A stretch of DNA of 64,000 nt from contig OZ024742.1 of assembly GCA_964016885.1 (NCBI GenBank), forward strand, positions 312,852,001 through 312,916,000, written 5' to 3'. Positions within the stretch are counted from its first letter, which is position 1; every line of letters starts with the position of its first letter. The notes under the pieces were generated by a model. The model saw only the letters and a list, made by a program, of their open reading frames with translations. It ran no database searches and was not told the origin of the DNA. The translations under genes were made by a program, and so were the position numbers. Source of the DNA: Eledone cirrhosa (taxonomy: Eukaryota). Below are positions 40,480 to 51,800 of the stretch, one piece after another.

Positions 40480-42110
40480 AAATGAGTAGGAGAAAGAGAG
40501 ACTACTGTAGGTGACTCATTGGAGAGACCAGTTATCAAAATTGACTGTTATAGAGTCAAAGAAGCAATCATGGAGTTAAAAAAATGGTAAAACTCTTGGT
40601 CCCACAGAGATTGTCATAGAGATACTAAAATCTGCGGAAGCAGAAGACAAACTAGTCCTCCATGTAATCAATCAGGAAATATGTGATGGGGGTCACATAT
40701 TAGTATACTCATTATTTACAAAGGAAAAGGTGATGTATCTAGAGAGGAGCAGCTACAAGGGTATAAAACTGATGGATCAAGTAATCAAAGTAACAGAAAG
40801 AGTTTTAGCATAACTAATTACAGAAAGTATCAAATTAAATGAGAAGCAATTTGGTTTTCTGCCTGAGAGGAGCCCTACAGATGCTCTCTTCTTAATGAGA
40901 CAACTCTCGGAGAAGTTCTTAGCTACATCTACACCACTATCTTTAGCTTTTGTTGATCTGGAGAAGGCCTTTCACAGAGTACCATGACCTGTCATATGGT
41001 GGTCCTTAAGGAAACTAGGCATAGAGGAATGACTTGTGAAAGAAGTGCAAGCCATGTACAAAGAAGCTCTCAGTAAAGTGAGATTACGTAATGAGTTTAG
41101 TGAGGAATTCAATGTGCAGACAAATCAGGGCTCAGTACTCAGCTCACTGCTGTTTATTATTGCTCTCCAGGCGGTGGATTGGCAGTATCGGTAGAGGGTC
41201 GGACGCCATGCTTTCCAGCATAGTTACGTCCCTTTACGATCTGAGTTCAAATCCCGCCGAGGTTGACTTTGCCTTTCATCCTTATGGGGTCGATAAAATA
41301 AAGTACCAGTAATGCACTGGGTAATTGCTGGCCTTGTGCCTAAAGTAGAAACAATTATTGCTCTCCAGGCCACAATAAAGAATTTCAAGACTAGCTGTTC
41401 ATGGGAACTTCTGTGTGCTGACAGAAAAGGTAGACTTTGTATGTAGCAGATATAGAGGGATAGTTGATCGTAAGAGCATCAGTGAAATAAACTTTGTTCA
41501 ATCCCAAGAAGGATTCATAAAAGTGATTGAGAGCTTCTGTTGCCTCGGTGATCTAATTAGCAGTGAACAGTGGAGAAACTTGCATAGTAGCTAGAATAAG
41601 AACATGATGGAAAAAGTTGAAGTAGCTACTATCTCTGCTGACAACAAAAGTTTTCTCTTTATAAATGAAATGCCAGTTCTATGATGTTTGTGTGCAATGT
41701 TGCATCATAATGAGATAGGGACAGTGTAGAGGATTTATGAAGGCTGGAGAGAAATGAAGTAAGCTTGCTTTGATGGGTGTACAATGCTAGCATGTATGAA
41801 AAACAAATCATGGATGAGCTGAAAGAAAAGCTAGATATAAGAGGAATCAGATGTAGGATGCAGGAGAGAAGATTGTGCTGGTATGGTTATGTGATGCATA
41901 ATAATGATGATCGATGGATGAAGAAATGCTGCCAGGGGAGCTACAGTAGAGAGAGGGAGAGGCCAAAGAAAACTTGTGTAGAGGTAGTGAGAGCTGATCT
42001 AAAATCATTGAAGTTCACAGACGAGATGACAAAAGACCAAAATGTGTGGAGAGATGCTGTGCAGGAAAGGACTTGTCCAACCAATGTAAGCATGAACAAA
42101 TGACGATGGT
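40480..42110 (+). pseudogene. Decayed, internally deleted RTE LINE
   Basis: YKGKGD..YKGIKLMDQVIKVTERV, QFGF, LAFVDLEKAF and ERRLCWYGYVM motifs with many stops and frameshifts. Confidence 0.85.
41170..41359 (+). mobile_element. SINE family B insertion with a ~17-bp TSD inside the decayed RTE
   Basis: ATTATTGCTCTCCAGGC at 41156-41172 and 41354-41370. Confidence 0.9.
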
Positions 42111-42600
42111 ATAGATAATTAATAATTGTTTCTACTTTAGGCACAAGGCCAGCAATTACCCAGTGCATTACTGGTACTTTATTTTATCGACCCCGTAAGG
42201 ATGAAAGGCAAAGTCAACCTTGGCGGGATTTGAACTCAGATCGTAAAGGGACGTAACTATGCTGGAAAGCATGGCGTCCGACCCTCTACCGATACTGCCA
42301 ATAATAATAATTAATAATAAGTATGGATGAGGTGTCAAATTTTCATTTTTTCAGGTATGATGTGTGATTCACGATTGATGAGCTCAAGATTTGATCCCTG
42401 CTGATTGGGCCTGTGAAATGTGCATCACATCTGAATAAACTTAATTAAATTTGACATCTTGTCCATACTTATTATTGATATTACACTCTGCTTAGTACAA
42501 CCTCAAAGCACAAACTGGAGACTACACATTAAGTGCTCACTTTTGTGAACCAACAGTAACTTGACATTACAATCCCTAAACTATATATATGTATATATAT

Positions 42601-42783
42601 AAATTTAAATAATTTTTAAAACCAAACAATGCGTTAGGAAGAACTTTAAATCTCCAAGATAACAAAAGAATCTTACCTTGGCAAATTTAATGATTTAAAT
42701 TTGCTAAGGTAAGATTTTTTGTTATCTTGGTGATTTAATATTCTTCCTAACAGATTGTTTGGTTTTCAAAATTATTTAAATTT
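42601..42783. repeat. ~180-bp imperfect palindrome (foldback element)
   Basis: AAATTTAAATAATTTT..CTTACCTTGGCAAATTTAA / TTAAATTTGCTAAGGTAAG..AAAATTATTTAAATTT; a single related arm lies at ~13645-13740. Confidence 0.8.
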
Positions 42784-43014
42784 GTGTTTCCTATTCGACA
42801 ATGCTTAAAGCAAGCTACAAAACTCCGTTATATATATATATATATGCAAGCATGGAAAAGAGCATAAAAACGATGAGGATGATGATGATATACATAAACA
42901 AAAGAGATGGTGACTTGAATTAGACGTATTTTTTCTCTAAGAAATTTTGTTCTCATTTCTGCCACACTGCCCACACTCCTCTATCTTTCTATTTGTTCTT
43001 TAATTTCTGATTCT

Positions 43015-43053
43015 AGTTTCTGATGAAGGAGTAGCGTCCGAAACGTTAAGACT
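43015..43053 (+). ncRNA. Minimal type-I hammerhead ribozyme (CUGAUGAA variant)
   Basis: AGTTT-CTGATGA-A-GGA(GTAGCG)TCC-GAAA-CGTT-A-AGACT. Stem I AGTTT/AGACT, palindromic AACGTT stem III; homologous copy at 63114-63152 (-). Confidence 0.7.
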
Positions 43054-43139
43054 CTTTTCTTACTATATCAAGCTTAAAACTAATAATATATTTCTTCCTT
43101 GTACTGTCTCTTTTACTTTGTTATTTCTGTTTGCCTTTT

Positions 43140-43189
<50 letters not shown>

Positions 43190-43434
43190 CCACACACACA
43201 CACACACACACCCACACACACCCACACATATAAATACACACACATGCATGTGAGTGTATGTGTGTATGTATGTATGAATGTATGTATTTATGAAATGAAG
43301 CACCAGTGAACAGAAAAACAATCAGTAGGGCTAAAATTCCTGACTAAATTAAAATCTCTAAAGTTATTTGATAGGGAATTATTTGTTAAGGTGAATAAGA
43401 AAAAAAGATGATACTATTGATGATGATGATGATG

Positions 43435-43464
<30 letters not shown>

Positions 43465-43466
<2 letters not shown>

Positions 43467-45702
43467 GACAGTACAGAGGGAGATCGGTGAGCAGGCACAG
43501 CAACAGACTGATTTGAGTATCACAGTTGAAACTCTTAAGGGGCAAGCCAAAAAACTAACCAACTGGAAATCACCAGGCCCAGATGGTGTGCAGGGGTATT
43601 GGATTAAACATTTAACATCCCTCCACCCGAAGCTGACGGCCATGTTCAATGACTGCTTGGTGTCGGGTGAGGTGCCAGAGTGGTTGACAAAAGGTACCAC
43701 AGTTCTGATAATGAAAGACCGAATCAAGGGTAATGATGCTACCAACTATAGACCTATCACATGTCTGCCCGTAATGTGGAAACTGTTGACGAGCATTGTG
43801 TCTGAGGAAATCTACCATCACCTCCACACAAACAACTTGTTACCGGACGAACAGAAAGGATGCCGAAAGAAGTCACGTGGTACAAAGGACCAGTTGCTTA
43901 TTGATAAGATGGTAATGGGGAATTGCAGGAGGAGACACACTGATCTTGCCATGGGATGGATAGACTACAGAAAGGCATTTGACATGGTGCCTCATTCCTG
44001 GATCACCAAAAGCCTGGAGATCTTCAGGGTGGCAGATAACATCAGACAGTTGCTAGGCAGGAGTATGGGGTCCTGGGAGACAGAGTTGACATCAACTGGA
44101 GTATCCTTGGGAAGCGTGAAGATCAAGAGAGGTATCTTCCAGGGAGATAGCCTGTCCCCTCTGTTGTTTGTCCTTGCCCTGATGCCCTTGACCATTATGC
44201 TGCGAAAAGTGAGAGCAGGATACAAGTTGGGAAGGGGAGAGCTTACCATCAATCACCTCCTCTTCATGGACGATCTTAAGCTCTTCGGGAAAAGTGAGAA
44301 GGAGTTGGATGTGCTTGTTGACACTGTCCGTATTTTCAGCAGTGATATATGTATGCAGTTTGGTATTGGTAAATGTGGAGTCATTGTGATGAAGAGCGGT
44401 AGGTTGAGCAGAAGTAACGGGATCCAGATACCAACAGGTGAGATGATAAAGGAAATTGACTCTGAGGAAGGATACAAGTATTTGGGCGTTCTGGAGGCTG
44501 ATGGCATAAAGAACAAAAAAATGAAGGAATTGTTAAGAACTGAATACATTCGGAGAGTAAGGAGCGTATTGAAGTCACATCTGAACAGCAGAAATGCCAT
44601 AAGCGCAGTAAATTCCCGAGCTGTGTCTATTATTAGGTACAGTGCGGGAATTCTGAGATGGAATGTTGCTGAACAAAAAGAAATGGATAGGAAGACTAGG
44701 AAGCTATTGACTATCTACAACATGTTCCACAAGAGGAGTGATGTCGATAGACTCTACCTAAGGAGATCTGAGGGTGGAAGAGGTCTTATCAGCATAGAGG
44801 ACTGTGTTCAGATGGAGAAAAACAACCTATACAAATACGTGACCTATAGTAAGGAGCCAATGCTCAGAACTGTACTGAAGGAGGGGACAGTAGGCCAGGG
44901 GATGTCCAGGGAGGAAATAACATCAAGGAGGAAGAGCAGCCTTAAGGGAAAATCCCTTCATAGTACCTTCTTTGAGAAAACTGAATTTAGAGATCCACAG
45001 ACATGGAACTGGTTGAGAAGAGGAGACCTCAAAAAGGCTACAGAAGGAATGCTAATGGCTGCGCAGGAGCAGGCCCTCAAAACGAAGTGGTTGAAGCACC
45101 ATATCTACAAGGAGGAGGCTAGCCCACTGTGCAGGATCTGTGGAGAGAGAGAGGAGACTGTGGCTCACATTGTGTCCGAGTGTAAACACCTAGCCCAGAC
45201 CCACTATAAGGGCTGGAGACACGATGTGATGGGCAGGGTGATCCACTGGCACCTGTGCAAAGTAAACAATCTACCACATTCTGAGAAATGGTATGAGCAT
45301 AGGCCAGAGGCGGTGATGGAGAACAATCAGGTGAAGGTGCTGTGGGATTTTAGGATACAGACGGACAAAAAACTGAAACACAATAGACCTGACCTGGTGG
45401 TTGTGGACAAAGAAAAAAGATCGTGCCTGATTGTGGATGTGGCCTGCCCGTTCGACACGAGAGTGCAAGAGAAGGAGAGGGAGAAAATTAACCGATACCA
45501 GGACCTAAAGTGGGGGGTGAAAAGGATTTGGAACTGCCATGAAGTCAAAGTGATCCCGATTGTCATAGGCGCACTGGGGACTATCTCCAAAAGTTTCCAG
45601 GGATGGTTAAAGAAAATCGGCCCCTTCACGCTTTTTGGAACGCTTCAAAAGGCATGCTTGCTTGGAACAGCAAGAACCCTCCGATACGTCCTGAATATCT
45701 GA
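43465..45702 (+). CDS. RT - CCHC zinc knuckle - restriction-like endonuclease (uninterrupted, N-terminally truncated)
   Basis: [53 protein letters not shown]...C, RHD, RPDLVV, DVACP, KINRY. The N-terminal M/I run of the called ORF is only microsatellite. Confidence 0.88.
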
Positions 45703-45777
45703 GGCTGCAGGTAGTGGCTTGATATTCAATCCAACCGACTTTCCAGTTAACCAACATCAATGACTGAGATTCAAGGA
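43465..45777 (+). mobile_element. 5'-truncated R4/Dong-like RLE non-LTR retrotransposon in (TAA)n
   Basis: (TAA)n on both sides; RT + CCHC + RLE coding region; short 3' UTR. Confidence 0.88.
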
Positions 45778-45788
45778 ATAACAATAAC

Positions 45789-45820
<32 letters not shown>

Positions 45821-46038
45821 TTTCTTTATTAACCACAAGAGTTTACATAAAGTAGACATACAAATGGGCATTTCTGCGTGTAAAGAACAAAAACAGAGGA
45901 TGTAACAAAAAATAACAATGAAAAATTCCCCAATAGGGGGGAGACTTCGGAGGGACATTTGTGGAGAAAGCCCAGTAAAAGGCCACAGTGACCCTGACCA
46001 CCAAGGCAAGTGCCCTCTCCCAGTTTTCCACCTTCAGT

Positions 46039-49000
46039 TTACAGGCATATACTCAGAGTAGGCCCATTCACTCGGGCCATATTTGCTTCTCTCACCCATC
46101 TTTCAACAAAATGCTGGGAAGAGAGCACCTCCCTCTCTACCCTGATTTTCCTTTTCAAATGAAATTTGAAAAAGTTAATCAGGGCATCACCGAAGAGGTA
46201 AGTGCTCGTTTTCAGCCCTTTCAAACGTGTCCACCACACTATCTCTTTCGCCATGGCCACCAGACAGATAAAAACTGCCTGTCCTTCCCGGCTAAAAGAA
46301 GAGGGCGGGGCAATCCTCACGATGGACTCAGATGATAGCCGGATCCGTCCTACACGCGACAGCAGGTGTTCGACATAAACCCACAAGTCAGCAATTTTCG
46401 GACACTGAACGAGTGCGTGCAGGACGGTTTCGTCGCCCTGCGCGCATCTCGGACATGCCCGGCTGACGGCACCTCCATGCCTGTAGAGTTTATCCCGAAC
46501 TGGCAAGGCTCCTCGGTAGCACTGCCAGGCCAGAGATTTCTGGAAGTTGTCCATAGGTCCCGGCCCGAAAGTTCTCCCGAAGAGATTGGCTAGTTGATTT
46601 TCGTCGACGCCTAGAGTTTCCCCAAGTACGTCGTCGCGCTTCCCCTCCACTAATCCTCTATAGAACGCCGAGGTGGAGTTTCCACCGATCACATTGCCCG
46701 ATTGGTCGAGGGCTGTGAGCGCCTGAAAACATTCCAGTCTCCAGGCGCTCCCTCTCGGTCTTCGCTTGACCCAGGACTGCAGCTCCGTCAAGGAAACGAG
46801 CTGGGGAAATACGTGTCTAGCAAACGGCGACCACACCTGATCACCGTCGAGGAAGAGGTGGAGATGTCGTAGCCTGAGCGCGTGTCTGCGCATCATCAGC
46901 CACGGCATTCCCAGCCCTCCACGTAGCGGGTGTTGACAGCAGATGGACCGCCTGACCATCGGAGCGCGTCCCTTCCACAAAAAGCGAAAGAGCAAACGCT
47001 CCAGCGCAGTCAGGCGAGGCTTAGGACAAGGTACGACGGTCAGGCGGTAGCAGATGACAGACGCGATGTACGCGTTAGCCACCTCCGCTCGACCTTTCAG
47101 GGATAGCTTCCTCTCCGCCCATTTCTGGGTGAGAGAAGCCACCCTGCTCGTCACCTCGTCCCAGTTTTTGTCCGTCTGGAGGTCCGGACGGAACCAGACC
47201 CCTAGCAATTTAACCGGTCCGTCCGTCCAGCGTCCGACGACGCTGTTGGACGGCATGGACCTGCCTCTCCAGGTGCCGAGCTGCAGGCCCACTGACTTTT
47301 CCTGGTTGATCATTGCTCCTGTCACCGCTTCGTATTCTCTTAGTGTAGTGCCGATTGCCTCGATGTGTTTGGCGTTCGACACCACTACGGTGACATCGTC
47401 CGCATATGCTGACACGGATCTTCCGCATCCTAGTTCGCGCGGGACGCCCCTCAACGTCTCCAGTTTGTGCAGTAATGGCTCGAGAGTCAATACGTACAAG
47501 AGGGACGAGAGGGGACATCCTTGGCGGACCGAGCGCATGATGTTGAACGGTTCCGACAGGTGACCGTTCACTCTCACCACAGAGCAGATGTCGCTGTGCA
47601 TGGCAGCGATCCAGCCTCTGAAGACGGGCCCAAAACCAGCCGCCCTCAGGACTGCCGCTAGGTAACGATGGTCGACTCTATCGAAAGCTTTCGACTGATT
47701 TAAATTGATCAAGGACCCACCCGTGCCAGGTTCCATAGCTACCCTCTCTACGATGTATCGCATGAGGTGGAGGTTGTCGTGGATGGATCTGTCGGGAATG
47801 GCGCATGTCTGCGCCTCTCCCACCAGACCACCAACGACAAGCGCCAACCTCTTTGCTAGCACCTTGGCCAAAATCTTGAACTCTGTGTTTAGCAGAGTTA
47901 TGGGCCGGAAATTATCTATGTTATCCCCCTTGTTCGGATCCTTTCTCAGCAGTGCCACCGCTCCTCGGCTCACAGAACTGGGAATTCTCCCGTTCTGTTG
48001 CCAGTTGCAGTAGACGTCCGCCAAGAGGCCTCCGAACAAGTCTGGCATCTGTACGTAAAGTTCATAGGGCAGACCATCCAAACCAGGCGATTTACCCCTT
48101 GTGCAGCCAGTCATTGCCTCCCTTACTTCAGCGGCTGTTATCGGCTTTTCGCAACACTCCGCCTCAGTGGCCGAGAGCCGCGGCAGTCCGTCGAGGTAGA
48201 CACTAAAGTCCATCCCTCGACCCGGCCCACCGCTGCCCCCGAACAGCTGAGCGAAGTGTCGCTGAAAAGCTTCACACATTTTCCCGGGATCGAGTAGCAT
48301 GCGCCCGTCGTGGTCCACCAAAGACCGGATCGTGTCTTTGTTGCCACGACGCGCCTCCGCCACTCGGGCCCATTGAACGGCTTTCGTCCCCTCGTGTCTG
48401 AGAGCACGCACCCTTGCTCTGACAACGCAGCCTTCGTGCTTTGCATTGAAGAATTGGTCAAGGGCCAATTTCGCCGCAAGCACGTCGGTCGCAATGCCTT
48501 TGCTAAGCGCCTCGTCTAATTTTCTAACTAGTTCTCCCTCTGCTCTATTTTTCTCTATTGCTAAAGCCTTACTAAACCTAATGGATTCTATTCTAATCGC
48601 TCTTTTCAGAGCAAACCACCACTTGTTGTTGACGATGGCCCCCGTCAACGCCCGCTTAACTAGTTCGCTAATCCGGTCTCTGTAGGCCTTGCGCGCTGGT
48701 AAGGACGCGTTTAGCTTCCAGTAGCCGGGTCCTCGTCTATGAAGCCTATCTAAGTCAAGCACACAGATCACGAATTTGTGGTCCGTGTAGCTGACTATCT
48801 TGAATTGTGGACAGCCTATGCTAGACCTATCTATTTCCCTACAAAATACTCTATCTAGATATGATCTGGATGACCCTATGCGATTTGTCCAAGTCCACAT
48901 TGGCACATTCGGGAAATCCAATCGGTACCTGTCAGACAGTTCAAAACGCCTGAGCAGGTTGGTGAGGCTCTTGCACCCTCCACCCCTATCCGCTAATCCC

Positions 49001-49458
49001 ACACAGTCCCAGCGTGCATCTAAGATCCCGTTCCAGTCGCCCACTAACACTAAAGAGCGGGACGTTCCAAGAAAGGTCTCCAGACGCCGGAAGAAATCAG
49101 GCCGCCCTGCTCCTGTCGGGGCATAGACGGCCACTAGCCTGAAAGCTTGCCCGTCTCCGCTGGTCACGTCCAGCACCACCAACTTACCCTCTGGGTCCAG
49201 GAAGATGGCCCGTATGGCGAGATCCAAACCTCTCCGAAAAAGCACAGCAACTCCTCCCCCCGATCCAGGACGGCTGGGAGATGCGTACACATCGTAGCCG
49301 CCGAAGATCGGTGCGAAGGCCCGTGCTTCGGAGAATCTGGTCTCGCTGATGGCCACTACATCTATGTTTAGTGACCTGAGGTCGTTGAGCAGGTGACCCT
49401 GCTTCCACGACGACCCCAAGCCACGCGCATTTATGCTGCCTATTCTGAGTGAGGCCAT
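46039..49458 (-). CDS. Tx1/L1 ORF2: APE endonuclease, RT, C-terminal CCHC (zf-RVT)
   Basis: 1139 aa. SINARGL, ISET, VYAP, GDWN, YLDRV, TDH, YWKLN, KSPGLDG, FRPITLLN, KAFDRV, VRQGCPLS, YADD, GGLG, CPRC..H...C. Confidence 0.95.
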   Translation of the reverse strand: MASLRIGSINARGLGSSWKQGHLLNDLRSLNIDVVAISETRFSEARAFAPIFGGYDVYASPSRPGSGGGVAVLFRRGLDLAIRAIFLDPEGKLVVLDVTSGDGQAFRLVAVYAPTGAGRPDFFRRLETFLGTSRSLVLVGDWNGILDARWDCVGLADRGGGCKSLTNLLRRFELSDRYRLDFPNVPMWTWTNRIGSSRSYLDRVFCREIDRSSIGCPQFKIVSYTDHKFVICVLDLDRLHRRGPGYWKLNASLPARKAYRDRISELVKRALTGAIVNNKWWFALKRAIRIESIRFSKALAIEKNRAEGELVRKLDEALSKGIATDVLAAKLALDQFFNAKHEGCVVRARVRALRHEGTKAVQWARVAEARRGNKDTIRSLVDHDGRMLLDPGKMCEAFQRHFAQLFGGSGGPGRGMDFSVYLDGLPRLSATEAECCEKPITAAEVREAMTGCTRGKSPGLDGLPYELYVQMPDLFGGLLADVYCNWQQNGRIPSSVSRGAVALLRKDPNKGDNIDNFRPITLLNTEFKILAKVLAKRLALVVGGLVGEAQTCAIPDRSIHDNLHLMRYIVERVAMEPGTGGSLINLNQSKAFDRVDHRYLAAVLRAAGFGPVFRGWIAAMHSDICSVVRVNGHLSEPFNIMRSVRQGCPLSSLLYVLTLEPLLHKLETLRGVPRELGCGRSVSAYADDVTVVVSNAKHIEAIGTTLREYEAVTGAMINQEKSVGLQLGTWRGRSMPSNSVVGRWTDGPVKLLGVWFRPDLQTDKNWDEVTSRVASLTQKWAERKLSLKGRAEVANAYIASVICYRLTVVPCPKPRLTALERLLFRFLWKGRAPMVRRSICCQHPLRGGLGMPWLMMRRHALRLRHLHLFLDGDQVWSPFARHVFPQLVSLTELQSWVKRRPRGSAWRLECFQALTALDQSGNVIGGNSTSAFYRGLVEGKRDDVLGETLGVDENQLANLFGRTFGPGPMDNFQKSLAWQCYRGALPVRDKLYRHGGAVSRACPRCAQGDETVLHALVQCPKIADLWVYVEHLLSRVGRIRLSSESIVRIAPPSSFSREGQAVFICLVAMAKEIVWWTRLKGLKTSTYLFGDALINFFKFHLKRKIRVEREVLSSQHFVERWVREANMARVNGPTLSICL

Positions 49459-49493
49459 GTTTAAAATAGAGTGGAAAAGATGGGAAAGACCAC

Positions 49494-51543
49494 TTACCGT
49501 ACTTTTCGTAGAGGAGGGATGGTTTTTCCATCCCTTTTCACTTGATCGTCTGGTGAAGGGACCGTTGAATCGTCCCTTCGGCTGGTCGTCGGCTCTTCTA
49601 TGAGTATGTCCGAATATACTCTTCGGTTGAGTGTCCCTCCTAGGTCTCTGAAATCACCAACTGCGTTGGGGAATTTCGTTTTCATGTTTGTGTATTGTTT
49701 CTGTGCTATTTTTAGCAGTCTTATGTTAGTTGGCGTTTTGATTGGTGCTGGTATTATGTAGACGTGTTGTGAAATGTCTGTGTGTTCAATTATGTAAGTC
49801 ATTAGTTTCTTGTGTGTATTTATTGCCGTGCATTTGTTTTTCTGGGGGTGGGGTGTGGTTCTGCTATTTTCTTGTCGTTGTTGCTGGGTGAGTGTGTTTT
49901 GTTGTTGTGTTTGCGATGTTGGTGCTTGTGGTGGTGGTGTTGAAGGTGTTGTTGGCGGTGGGGTTGTCGCCGGTGGTGATGGTGGTGCTAGTGTGGGTGG
50001 TGATGATGTTGGTGGTGTTGCTGTGAGTCTCTTTGCAGTAGCCTTTACCCTTTTTTCATTTCTTTCCTCCCTTTTCAAAGGCGACGATGCGCTGCTTCTG
50101 CGTTTGTGCCTTCTTACGACCTTTTGCCACCCCTCTCCCACCTCACACTCCATGTCTGATTATGTGAGGTCGGGGAGGGGTACCAGCTCCACTCTTTCAC
50201 TTGTTGATGATGTTTGCACTGGAGTCTCTGTTGCAGCTGCATTTGGTATTGCTGTTGTTGTTGTTAATACTTCCACTGTTGCTGCTGTTTTTGATTTCCG
50301 TGGCGTGGGTATGGGTGCCGCGGACCTATCGTTCCTGGTTGCCGCTTGTCCTGTTGCTGGTAGCCGTGGAGCCGGTTTCGGAAGGAGGGGGGTTTTCTCC
50401 TTTCTCAGGGTCTTCTCGTTGCAGAAGGCCCTGAGGTGAGTCTTCGATCCACAGCGAAAGCATTTCGGGCGTTTGCCCTCAACACTTATGGGCAGTTGAG
50501 TGCCGTTATCGAAGTCTGTCACATCCGGGATAGCTTCGATACACTCCTGGTTGGTTTGGATTAACATCTCAATGGAGATGCCGACCCAATCTTCTCTTAC
50601 TTTTTTCTGTACTTGCAGTACAGTTGTTTTGTCCTCGATTCCGACGAGGACAGACACGGCCAGCCAAGAAGGGGCCATCCGGGGGGGGGGGGTCTGTTTG
50701 ACCCTCACAATTTTTTGCCCGCAGTAGGAGGGCACCAACACCATTTCCTCGCTCCTTAGGGTCACTAAGGATTGAGCCTTTGCCTCTGGGGTGTAGCAAA
50801 AAGTACGTCTACGGTGGCATATTTCTTGCCTCGGGTGATGTGCGTTTTCCGCTGCCACACAGACCCCAAGGCTTTTTGTATTTGAGCTTCTGTGGCTCTT
50901 TCAACCCTACGGGATTTTGTACTTACTGTACGGTACGTGACCGTACAGTGCTGTTGGGTTTCGAAAAAATTTTCCGCTCCCTTGCAGATTGCTCGGTGTC
51001 CAGTTTTTGTCACCATCTTCTTCGCTTCCTCTAATTCCTCATTTGTTATGAGGATGGTTTCCAGGTTCTTTGCGATACCTGCAAACGAGATTGGTTTTTC
51101 TTTGCTGCTGTTGTTGTTGTTGTTGTCATCAGAGCTGCTGTTACTTTTGTTGTTGCTGCAGGTACTACGACTACTGCCGCCGCCAATGCTGTTGTTGTTT
51201 ATGCTGCTGCTGATGCTGTTGCGGCTGCTACTGTTGTTTTCCTTGTCAGTGTTGCTGTTGTTATTACGGCTGCTACTGCTATTATTTCTGACGTCAGACG
51301 AATGAAATGGGTTTTCGTATTTCCCGCACACCTGTTTCGTCGTTGTCGTCGTCGTGGTGGAGAAATCTTGCTCGCTTTGCACGTGATTTGCTTTTCTGGC
51401 GTCGCTTGCGAAAGAGAAGGGAGGGAGAGAGACACATTTAGAGAAGGGAGGGAGAGAGACAATCTTCTCTCTGCTGTAGTGACGATTGAGGAAGAAGACG
51501 GAATGAGTGGGAGTGACCTATGAAAATTCTTTTTCGTAGCCAT
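49494..51543 (-). pseudogene. Tx1 ORF1 (gag-like, CCHC knuckle), disrupted
   Basis: Pieces 51382-50765, 50858-50160 (CFRCGSKTHLRAFC) and 50153-49494. Frameshift near 50790; in-frame TAA at 50160-50162; start position uncertain. Confidence 0.75.
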
Positions 51544-51800
51544 GTTGTTTTTTTGTTTAAAATAAATATTGGGCACAAAACCCCTATAGGCGGTTATTTA
51601 ACCCCGAAGGGCCAAATAACGGGCAGAAAGACCCCTCTCACGAGGAGGAGGGTGTTTTTGTCTACAAGTTGGTTAAAGTTTTAAACAATTTACAATTGTT
51701 ATAGCGGTCAAAATTTACAATACCTTACAGAGCCGAGCCTCCGTCAACCATAGCATTCAATAATAATAATAATAATAGTAATAATAATAATAATAATAAT

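Larger units (their letters stand above)
45819..51758 (-). mobile_element. Full-length Tx1/L1-clade LINE (~5.94 kb) in (TAA)n/(ATT)n
   Basis: ORF1 remnants plus ORF2; 3' end ..TAATAAAGAAATC runs into (ATT)n; 5' end GAATGCTATGG directly follows (ATT)n. Confidence 0.92.

Noticed and set aside
43408-43464. N-terminus of the 764-aa ORF
   Set aside because: Derived from (GAT)n/(AAT)n microsatellite fused in frame to a 5'-truncated element; not a real start.
45988-49531. Numerous antisense or alternate-frame ORFs over Tx1 ORF2
   Set aside because: Expected shadows of a GC-rich coding sequence; no independent motifs.
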